Assembly: GCF_018398935.1 (NCBI RefSeq)
Contig: NZ_CP074694.1
Span: 1,080,001 to 1,112,000 of the forward strand
Direction: 5' to 3'
Length of the DNA: 32,000 nucleotides
Source of the DNA: Telmatocola sphagniphila
GTDB taxonomy: Bacteria; Planctomycetota; Planctomycetia; Gemmatales; Gemmataceae
Below are positions 24,960 through 32,000 of the stretch, in pieces (position 1 is the stretch's first letter; every line of letters begins with the position of its first letter). The translations under genes and the position numbers were made by a program. The notes under the pieces were generated by a model. That model was given only the letters and a program-made list of their open reading frames with translations. It was not told the DNA's origin and searched no databases.

Positions 24960-25033
24960 TCGGGCCGATAGGATTTGAACCTACGACTTCTTGGTCCCAA
25001 ACCAAGCGCTCTACCAAACTGAGCTACGGCCCG
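24960..25033 (-). tRNA. tRNA-Pro (anticodon UGG)
   Basis: Reverse complement folds as a cloverleaf: acceptor CGGGCCG/CGGCCCG, D stem GCTC/GAGC, anticodon stem CTTGG/CCAAG with loop TTTGGGA, T arm GTAGG-TTCAAAT-CCTAT, discriminator A. No encoded CCA. Confidence 0.95.
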
Positions 25034-25142
25034 TGAACGAATATTGTATGAAAAGGACTTCCGAGGAAAGGGGCAGGTTCACACTCTGATAAAATCGGAG
25101 AATCAGCGAAAGCCATTCGTTTTGGATCGAGCATCCCCGATC

Positions 25143-26432
25143 CTACTTTTTCTCGATCAAGGTCTTGCCCGAGAGCAGTACTTCAAGGTCCTTTCGCAAT
25201 TGTTGTTTCACCTCGAGTTTACTGCCCTTATAGATCCCCTGAAGAGTGCCGTCTTTACCGACCAGAATCGAAACCGGCAATGAAGTGAGATTCAATTGAG
25301 CGAGAGCGGCCCCCTTTTCGTCCCTCAAGATCGTGCCTTTGTAGCCATTTTTTTCATTCAACTTTTTGATGACGGCCACCGATTCCGCAACATTGATTGC
25401 GTACATTGCCGCCCCTTTTTTCGTGTAAGTGTCTATGAAACGGTTGACATTCGGCATATCTTCGGCGCTGGGGGCCGCCCAACTGGCATAGAAGTAAAGC
25501 ATGATTATCTGATCCTTATGATCCGAGATCTTCACTTCTTTCCCTTCCAGGTCCTTGAAAACCAGACTGGGTAGTTTCTGTCCGAGAAGTTCCGCCGCAT
25601 CCCCGAAACTGAGAAACTGAAGCAGATCGTCGACTTTTTTCAATCCTTGCGGGATTTTGACCGAGAACTGCTCGGGTTCCGCCTGTGCTTGAAAGTTCCA
25701 ATCCAGACTGGTAGTGATGGTCATCACAGCAGATTTCTTCTTGTCCAGAGGAAGTGTGTTGCTAGTGATCAATTTGATAATCCGAGCCTGGGCGCCGGTT
25801 TGAATGGAGATCGTCAACTCTTTCTTGTTATCCAGATGAACTTTGAAGTGCTCGATATTTGCCTCGCTCTTCTCAGGCGTATATTCTTCAATTCGATCGA
25901 TCATATCAAAAAAGGCGCCGCGCAGGTTGGGTCGAATCAGATGAGGAATATACGACCCCTCCAATACCTGATTGGTCATCGCATCATCAGGTAACTCTTC
26001 AAAGACCTTCACGGTTTCATCGATGGAATAAATCTTTCCCGCGGGAAGCAGACGAACGACTGATTTGCCATCCGAGATTACCGTAAAAGCATTTTCCGGC
26101 TTTTCTGCACTGTAGGCTTTGATCAAAAATTGATTCGGTTTGAGGACCAGAGTTTCGAATACGTTCTTGCCTTCTTTGGTTTGATCACCGAGTACAAAGC
26201 TCCAGGAACTTTCCTGTTTCAAGCTGAAAGCTTTGCTTTCCGCAAGAGTTTTGGCAGCGGCATCGAGAGCGGCTTCTAGTTTATTCTGAGCTTCGCTTTT
26301 CGCCACAGGGGGCTTGACACCTTGAGGAGCGTTTGCCGCGGGCGAAGCCGGCAAGGGATTAATCTGCACCGATTGAGCGGTTGCGTAACCGCAAACCCCT
26401 ATCAATAGAAGGCCCGCTAGAACTATTTTCAT
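25143..26432 (-). CDS. Secreted LolA-like + thioredoxin-fold (TlpA/redoxin-like) protein lacking the CxxC active site
   Basis: Signal peptide MKIVLAGLLLIGVCGYATA. The C-terminal redoxin-like block has YFYASWAAPS where TlpA-type proteins have W-C-x-x-C. Confidence 0.8.
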   Translation of the reverse strand: MKIVLAGLLLIGVCGYATAQSVQINPLPASPAANAPQGVKPPVAKSEAQNKLEAALDAAAKTLAESKAFSLKQESSWSFVLGDQTKEGKNVFETLVLKPNQFLIKAYSAEKPENAFTVISDGKSVVRLLPAGKIYSIDETVKVFEELPDDAMTNQVLEGSYIPHLIRPNLRGAFFDMIDRIEEYTPEKSEANIEHFKVHLDNKKELTISIQTGAQARIIKLITSNTLPLDKKKSAVMTITTSLDWNFQAQAEPEQFSVKIPQGLKKVDDLLQFLSFGDAAELLGQKLPSLVFKDLEGKEVKISDHKDQIIMLYFYASWAAPSAEDMPNVNRFIDTYTKKGAAMYAINVAESVAVIKKLNEKNGYKGTILRDEKGAALAQLNLTSLPVSILVGKDGTLQGIYKGSKLEVKQQLRKDLEVLLSGKTLIEKK

Positions 26433-26465
26433 AATTATCTCTACTTGGAGGGAGTATCGTTCTAT

Positions 26466-28043
26466 TTACCGCTGATAAATCTGCCGGCTGATTTGGGTCA
26501 GAAGACTATAGAGATTTCTCATTTCCTGAACGCTATTCTGTTTGGCGGTAATGCCTATCTGGTTATACAGCGTCTCCGCTCCTCGGAGAGAAGCATTCAG
26601 CTGTTCCACCCGTTGCGACAATAGAGTTGGGTTCATGCCACTGATGGCATCCGCTCGGAAGGAAACGAGAGAAGCTCGAAAGGACTTCATCTGGGCGAGA
26701 TATCGGGCGAGAGATGGGTATTGGAAAAGCAGGGCATTATTTGCTATCAGGATGGTGTCGGTCTGAGAAAGTGCCTGATCGATTAGCTCGATCACTTTAG
26801 ATCTCGGCGGCGCGGAATTATTCGGAACGACTTGATAGGGAAGCTGGTTAAACGTCGGAGAAATTACCGGTGTAGAGTTCGGGTTAATATAAGAGCCTCC
26901 ATTGAGGCCTGCCCGCTCGGCGATCTGGTTTAAAACCCGATTTGTAGCGTACCAGGTTTCAGTCACTCGAGAATCAACGATTCCCGCATTGAATCGTGAG
27001 TTGATGCTGTTTGCCTGTTTTCGCAAGGCTTGGATGTCTGCCTGAAATTGAAGGAGCGTGATGCCGTTTCGAAGTTTGTCGCGCGCCCGATCCACATTCG
27101 CAGAGAAATTTTCCATTTCGTTCAACAACTGGGTGTAAGTCAGGCTCCGCCCCAGAATCGTGCGAATCAGGTAAACCATCTGAGAGCTATCCCGCGCCAG
27201 CTCGGCCATCTGACGGCTGAAAAATTCATATCCCGGATTATCAAAGCCCGGACCGATAGGAGGCACGACTGGCGGCTGAATCACAACACCGCCGGTAAGT
27301 CCATTGCGAATCGCTTCCAGCAATTCGTTGGATTGCTGCAACCGTCTCCGGGACATTGGAGCTGAAACGGGAAGGTCATTTAAGGTCGTTCGAAAGGCAA
27401 TCAGCGCTCGTTCGCAGTTTACGAGAGATTGCTGAGCTAAAATCGGATTTGCAGCCGGATTCGTCAGAATGGGCTGGGAACTGATGCAAGTCTTCAAATA
27501 GTTATTAGCCTGCACCCGCGCGAGGTTGCTGAGTGCAGGCGGAATCTCACTTTGGACTGACTGATGCAATTGATGAGCGACGCTTACGAGTTTTGCAGGA
27601 ATATCCTCTACAATGGGAGGCGGGATGATGTTGCCAGAGATTCCGTTGGCTTCAGGAGTCGCTAAAAATTCTCGGGCAACCAGGAGCCGGTCGCCGTTAT
27701 TGACATTGATTCGATCCATCCACTGATTGATTTCGAACGGCTTACCATTTCTATTGAGGACTTTCGCGTAGAGCGAAGCTACCCAGAGGCGAGGATTATT
27801 CTGGCAGCGCTGATAAAATTCCTGAGAGGAAAGTATGGAAGCTTTAATATCGGATGGTGTGGTGCCATTACGTAGCTGCTGGACCAGATTGGCAACGCCC
27901 GCCGCATCCGGCTCGCGATCCAGATAACTTAAATAGACGGATCGCACGAACTGTGCGGCGTCGAACCGCGGATCGGTCGCTATTGTCGGACTCGTTGCCA
28001 GCACCGTCACCGCGACAAGACTGACCAGTGAAATTCGCATCAT
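26466..28043 (-). CDS. Secreted DUF4214 domain protein (525 aa)
   Basis: Start taken at MMRISLVSLVAVTVLATS (28043). FVRSVYLSYLDREPDAAGVANLVQQL...SILSSQEFYQR is the DUF4214 pattern. The rest is long and helical. Confidence 0.75.
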   Translation of the reverse strand: MMRISLVSLVAVTVLATSPTIATDPRFDAAQFVRSVYLSYLDREPDAAGVANLVQQLRNGTTPSDIKASILSSQEFYQRCQNNPRLWVASLYAKVLNRNGKPFEINQWMDRINVNNGDRLLVAREFLATPEANGISGNIIPPPIVEDIPAKLVSVAHQLHQSVQSEIPPALSNLARVQANNYLKTCISSQPILTNPAANPILAQQSLVNCERALIAFRTTLNDLPVSAPMSRRRLQQSNELLEAIRNGLTGGVVIQPPVVPPIGPGFDNPGYEFFSRQMAELARDSSQMVYLIRTILGRSLTYTQLLNEMENFSANVDRARDKLRNGITLLQFQADIQALRKQANSINSRFNAGIVDSRVTETWYATNRVLNQIAERAGLNGGSYINPNSTPVISPTFNQLPYQVVPNNSAPPRSKVIELIDQALSQTDTILIANNALLFQYPSLARYLAQMKSFRASLVSFRADAISGMNPTLLSQRVEQLNASLRGAETLYNQIGITAKQNSVQEMRNLYSLLTQISRQIYQR

Positions 28044-28130
28044 GTTGAGGCTCGCAAAGCGATTCGTTAACCCTATTCTTACAGAGTGCGATAATTTGGC
28101 AAGGGAATGAATTCCGGACGAGGAAACACG

Positions 28131-29954
28131 ATGTTGAACGAACAATTGAAGGAGAAAGTTCTTCTTCTGTTGCCAAAGGTTCAGACTCCCGCGGCCTATG
28201 CCGGCGGCGAGTTGAACGCCGTCGTGAAAGATCATCGAACGATTCGCGGCAAAATCTGCATGGCATTTCCTGACACGTACACGTTGGGGATGAGCCATCA
28301 TGGCCTTCAGGTTCTTTACAGTCTGCTGAACCGCGACCCTCAATGGGCTTGCGAAAGGGCCTTTACTCCCTGGAGTGACTGGGAAGCCCTTCTTCGGAAA
28401 AATAACCTGCCACTCTACTCGTTGGAAACATTTACCCCGCTGGGAGAGTTTGATGCCGTCGGTTTCAGCTTACAGTACGAAGTGAGCTATACGAACGTAC
28501 TGACCATGCTGGATCTGGGGCAAATACCCCATTTCAATAAAGATAGAAATTTCGATCATCCTCTGGTGATTGCTGGCGGCCCCGGAGCTCAGAACCCGGA
28601 ATTGCTCGCTCCCTTTATCGATCTTTTTATTATTGGCGATGGGGAAGAAAGTTTGCCCTGGGTCATGGAGCAATGGCTGAGCTTGAAGGAAGAAGCGCGG
28701 CAAGCAGGCGACATGAGCTACGAACGCCGCAGAGAGTCTCTCGCTCAATTGGTGAGCAAAGCCAGTTGGGCGTACGCCCCCGATTTTTATGAGCCCGAAT
28801 ATCATTCTGATGGCACTATTGCTGCGATGCATCGCACCCGCCCGGACGTGCCGCGGGAAATCACGTCCTGCACCATTCAGAAGGATTTCGATGATATTCC
28901 GCTCCCCACCAAGCCTGTGGTGCCCTACGTTCAGACTCCGCACGATCGCATCGCCATCGAGATCATGCGCGGCTGCCCGCATCAATGCCGGTTTTGCCAG
29001 TCGACGACGATCAAGAGACCGCTGCGCATGCGGAGCGTGGAAACGATTGTCCAGGCCGCACTCGAAAGCTATCGAAATACGGGAACCAATGAAATATCGC
29101 TACTGAGCCTCTCGAGCAGCGATTACCCCTACTTCGAAGAATTGGTGAAGCGCATGCAGGAAGTCTTCACTCCGCTCGGGGTGAATGTTTCGCTACCCAG
29201 CCTTCGGATTAATCATCAGTTACGCACTCTTCCCGGACTGATTCGAGGCGTAAGACGCGGTGGACTGACTCTGGCACCGGAAGTCGCCCGAGATGATATG
29301 CGGGAACAGATTCGCAAGAAAATTAAAAACGACGATCTCTACGAAGGATGCCGCGAGGCTTTTAAAAACGGCTGGGAGCGTGTGAAGTTATACTTCCTCT
29401 GTGGCTTGCCCGGCGAAAGACCAGTCGATCTCGATGGCATTATTGAAATGGCGGAGACAATTGCACGGATTGGCAAAGAAGTCCGAGGTCGATTTGCGGA
29501 CGTAACCGCTAGTGTTTCCAACTTCGTTCCCAAGCCGCATACGCCGTATCAATGGAATGGCATGCAGACTCGAGATTATTTCAAGTGGGCCGGGCAGTAT
29601 CTGCGAAGCAAGGTACGAATCCGCAGCGTGACGATCAAGCAGCACGACATCGAGACAAGCCTTCTGGAAGGAATTCTGACGCGGGGGGATCGGCGTGTAG
29701 CTCCGGGGCTGTACGAAGCCTGGAAACGGGGAGCCCGCCTCGATGGTTGGAAAGAAAAATTCAATCCCTGCCTATGGTGGGAAAGCTTCCGGGATTTAGG
29801 AATCGATGTCGATTTCTACTCGCACCGGCAAAGGTCCATCAGTGAAGTCTTGCCTTGGGACCACGTCAATGTGAAAAAAGGGCGGGCGTATCTGGAAAAA
29901 GAGCAGGGCCGGGCCACTATTCAGCTGGGCGTCATGGCGGAGGCCGTTCGGTAA
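28131..29954 (+). CDS. B12-binding-domain radical SAM protein (TIGR03960-like)
   Basis: MLNEQLKEKVLLLLPKVQTPAAYAGGELN N-terminus. The Cx3Cx2C cluster is MRGCPHQCRFCQS. GAGGA lies 7 nt upstream of ATG 28131. Confidence 0.9.
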   Translation: MLNEQLKEKVLLLLPKVQTPAAYAGGELNAVVKDHRTIRGKICMAFPDTYTLGMSHHGLQVLYSLLNRDPQWACERAFTPWSDWEALLRKNNLPLYSLETFTPLGEFDAVGFSLQYEVSYTNVLTMLDLGQIPHFNKDRNFDHPLVIAGGPGAQNPELLAPFIDLFIIGDGEESLPWVMEQWLSLKEEARQAGDMSYERRRESLAQLVSKASWAYAPDFYEPEYHSDGTIAAMHRTRPDVPREITSCTIQKDFDDIPLPTKPVVPYVQTPHDRIAIEIMRGCPHQCRFCQSTTIKRPLRMRSVETIVQAALESYRNTGTNEISLLSLSSSDYPYFEELVKRMQEVFTPLGVNVSLPSLRINHQLRTLPGLIRGVRRGGLTLAPEVARDDMREQIRKKIKNDDLYEGCREAFKNGWERVKLYFLCGLPGERPVDLDGIIEMAETIARIGKEVRGRFADVTASVSNFVPKPHTPYQWNGMQTRDYFKWAGQYLRSKVRIRSVTIKQHDIETSLLEGILTRGDRRVAPGLYEAWKRGARLDGWKEKFNPCLWWESFRDLGIDVDFYSHRQRSISEVLPWDHVNVKKGRAYLEKEQGRATIQLGVMAEAVR

Positions 29955-30069
29955 TTCAATTCGAGGCGAAAAATAGCCAAACTGTTATTGGCTCCGTGAG
30001 GGCGATAACTTCTTTTCGGTCGTATCGTACAATGAAGTTATGAAGAATATTTGCGAGGAGTAAGAATAG

Positions 30070-31380
30070 ATGCATCCTATGACGATGACGGAAAAGATAC
30101 TCGCTAAGGCGGCGGGCCGGGATTCGGTTTCTCCAGGCGACAATGTCTGGGTTAATGTCGATGTCTTGATGACTCATGATGTTTGCGGCCCCGGAACGAT
30201 AGGGATTTTCAAAAAGCATTTTGGCGGAGTCGAGGCCAAAGTGTGGGATCGAGAAAAGGTTGTGATCATTCCCGACCATTACATCTTCACCAAGGATGCA
30301 ATGGCTAACCGGAATGTCGACGTTCTGCGGGATTTCGCAAAAGAACAGAATCTGCCTTACTTCTACGATGTTGGCACCAACCGATACAAAGGCGTATGCC
30401 ATATCGCATTGCCCGAAGAAGGCCATACCCGTCCTGGCGAAGTGCTTCTGGGAACCGATAGCCATACCTGCACTGCCGGGGCTTTTGGCGAATTCGCCAC
30501 GGGTGTTGGTAATACCGATGCGGGTTTCACCATGGGAACCGGCAAAACCTGGCTGAAAGTTCCGCCCACCATGCGATTCGTATTTCATGGAAAGATGCCG
30601 CCCTATCTGATGGCCAAGGATTTGATTCTGGCTGTTATTGGCGATATTGGCTGTGATGGAGCCACCTATCGGGCGATGGAATTCGATGGCGATGGTGTTT
30701 ATGCTCTGAACATTGAAGAGCGAATGACCCTATGCAATATGGTCATCGAGGCAGGTGGCAAAAATGGGGTGATCTATCCCGATCAGCTGACACTCGATTA
30801 CGTGAACAAGCGAAATGCTGGAAACAGGCCGTATACGGTCTTTAAATCGGATAGTGATGCGAAATTCATTTTCGAAAAAGTCTACGATGTTTCCAAGCTG
30901 GAGCCGGTGATCGCCAAGCCGCATAGCCCGGACAATAAAGCCTTCGTGTCGCAAGTTCGGGGAACACACCTGGATCGCGCCTACATCGGCTCTTGCACCG
31001 GCGGCAAGATTACCGACTTCATCGCGGCCGCGAATATTCTCAAAGGTAAATCGGTTCGAATCGACACCTTCGTCGTGCCCGCGACTACCGAAGTCGCCAG
31101 TGCCTTGAAGACCGAAACCATCGGCGGCGTTTCCCTGGAAAATATATTCCTCAACGCTGGGGCGAAAATCGGAGAGGCTTCCTGTGCGGCTTGCCTCGGC
31201 GGACCTTCGGATACCTTTGGCCGATTGAATACGCCGATCAGTTGCATTAGCACAACGAATCGAAATTTCCCGGGCCGAATGGGACACAAAGAGGCAAAAG
31301 TTTTCCTGGCTTCACCCATGACTGTTGCAGCCAGCGCTCTGAAAGGGGAGATAACCGATCCCCGCGATCTGCTTGTCTAA
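30070..31380 (+). CDS. leuC: 3-isopropylmalate dehydratase large subunit (aconitase family; could be homoaconitase)
   Basis: MTEKILAKAAG...VDVLMTHDVCGP, GTDSHTCTAGAFG, IGSCTGG, ASCAACLGG (Fe-S ligand motifs). GAGGAG SD. No leuD follows. Confidence 0.85.
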   Translation: MHPMTMTEKILAKAAGRDSVSPGDNVWVNVDVLMTHDVCGPGTIGIFKKHFGGVEAKVWDREKVVIIPDHYIFTKDAMANRNVDVLRDFAKEQNLPYFYDVGTNRYKGVCHIALPEEGHTRPGEVLLGTDSHTCTAGAFGEFATGVGNTDAGFTMGTGKTWLKVPPTMRFVFHGKMPPYLMAKDLILAVIGDIGCDGATYRAMEFDGDGVYALNIEERMTLCNMVIEAGGKNGVIYPDQLTLDYVNKRNAGNRPYTVFKSDSDAKFIFEKVYDVSKLEPVIAKPHSPDNKAFVSQVRGTHLDRAYIGSCTGGKITDFIAAANILKGKSVRIDTFVVPATTEVASALKTETIGGVSLENIFLNAGAKIGEASCAACLGGPSDTFGRLNTPISCISTTNRNFPGRMGHKEAKVFLASPMTVAASALKGEITDPRDLLV

Positions 31381-31387
31381 TAAAAAA

Positions 31388-31412
31388 AGAGCCAGTGAGA
31401 TTCACTGGCTCT
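31388..31412. terminator. Bidirectional rho-independent terminator between convergent genes
   Basis: AGAGCCAGTGA-GAT-TCACTGGCTCT, a perfect 11-bp stem, preceded by AAAAAAA (a U-tract for the minus-strand gene). Confidence 0.7.
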
Positions 31413-31443
31413 ATCGCTTTCTAATTTCAAATCCGTCGCCCGA

Positions 31444-31998
31444 TCAATCCGCCGAGTAGCGATCAATCTGCTGGTGTGCGGTAAACTTCCAGACAATTTC
31501 GTTTGCCATCTTACGAATGAATTCGATCTGGAACTTCGAAGGGGTGATATCCGAAGCCTCGACTAGCCGGCCGTGCGGATAATCCAGATTCATCTCGGTC
31601 TTGTAGGCGGGCTCTTCGGTCGCCTTCGCCATCTCATAAGCGTTGATCGAGATGTTCGCCTGGCCCTTCATCAACTGACGGCCCGTTCGAGGTTCATAGA
31701 TTCGGAAATCCTTCTGGATTTCGATGTTGATCACGTAATCCGCGTTGAATTTCTGGCCGATTTCCACCGGCGAAAGCAACGACCAGCCGGTATTGTCTGA
31801 CTTCCATTTTTCAACTTGCTGAGCCGATACAACGGAGACTTTTTCCTTGTTTCGCTTCAGGTTTTCATCCAGAATTCGGACCACATCGATGCTCAACGAA
31901 CGATCGATGCCTATGAATTCCGAAGAGATGCCGGGTTGGGTCGAGACCAGCACAACGACCTTGGCATCTTCATGATCCTTGGTCCGTTTCGCCGGCAC
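31444..31998 (-). CDS. Hypothetical protein, 5' end beyond the window edge
   Basis: ORF open to the window end. No family recognised. Confidence 0.55.
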   Translation of the reverse strand: MPAKRTKDHEDAKVVVLVSTQPGISSEFIGIDRSLSIDVVRILDENLKRNKEKVSVVSAQQVEKWKSDNTGWSLLSPVEIGQKFNADYVINIEIQKDFRIYEPRTGRQLMKGQANISINAYEMAKATEEPAYKTEMNLDYPHGRLVEASDITPSKFQIEFIRKMANEIVWKFTAHQQIDRYSAD

Positions 31999-32000
31999 CT

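Larger units (their letters stand above)
10756..25005. mobile_element. ~14.2-kb integrative genomic island (phage-satellite/cryptic-prophage-like) in tRNA-Pro(UGG)
   Basis: Direct repeat of the tRNA 3' half at both ends. Integrases adjacent to the intact tRNA, whose 3' end faces the island. Gene content is integration, excision, replication and phage-like. Confidence 0.85.

Noticed and set aside
28044-28343. 100-codon N-terminal extension of ORF 26466-28343 (-)
   Set aside because: It overlaps the radical SAM gene start on the other strand. Met at 28043 gives a clean signal peptide, so the extension is unlikely to be translated.
28470-30588. ORFs 28470-28985 (-) and 29956-30588 (-), antisense to the radical SAM gene and leuC
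   Set aside because: They are antisense shadows of strongly supported genes.

Overview
No searches were run. All family calls come from motifs I recognise in the translations, and all repeat calls come from reading the sequence by eye. The window looks like a planctomycete/PVC-type chromosome segment, judging by PVC-style CxxCH heme-binding modules, many secreted proteins and roughly 50-55% GC; the taxon is inference.

It has four parts.

(1) 222-2075 is a complete 1854-bp IS. It has an IS1380-like DDE transposase, 21-bp imperfect terminal inverted repeats and a 6-bp target duplication. It has split the signal peptide of a ~1.4-kaa SGNH-esterase / di-cytochrome c / beta-propeller gene, and the pre-insertion allele can be rebuilt to the base.

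(2) 2149-9909 is the esterase locus. It holds a second SGNH paralogue and a ~550-aa secreted protein of unknown function.

(3) 10756-25005 is a ~14.2-kb integrative island in tRNA-Pro(UGG), bounded by a 45-47 bp direct repeat of the tRNA 3' half. It carries:
- two tyrosine integrases and four excisionase/AlpA-like HTH genes
- an RHH regulator with palindromic operators in a divergent promoter
- a P4/D5-type primase-helicase, a tandem paralogue lacking Walker A, and a third fragment
- an iteron/AT-rich candidate origin
- one tape-measure-like gene, one TerS-like gene and low-GC cargo of unknown function

This is satellite/PICI-like content rather than a full prophage.

The most unusual signal is a 20-24 bp GC-rich motif, RGCNACCCACCC(CC)GCCCG. 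It occurs 15-16 times in both orientations, mostly as inverted pairs 60-450 bp apart. I found it only inside the island within this window. Several copies are embedded in frame in coding sequence, giving a recurring RAGVG peptide in three proteins. A second motif, CGCCCTGGTG, accompanies it.

(4) 25143-32000 is ordinary chromosome: a thioredoxin-fold protein without its CxxC, a DUF4214 protein, a B12-type radical SAM protein, leuC, and a partial gene at the window edge.
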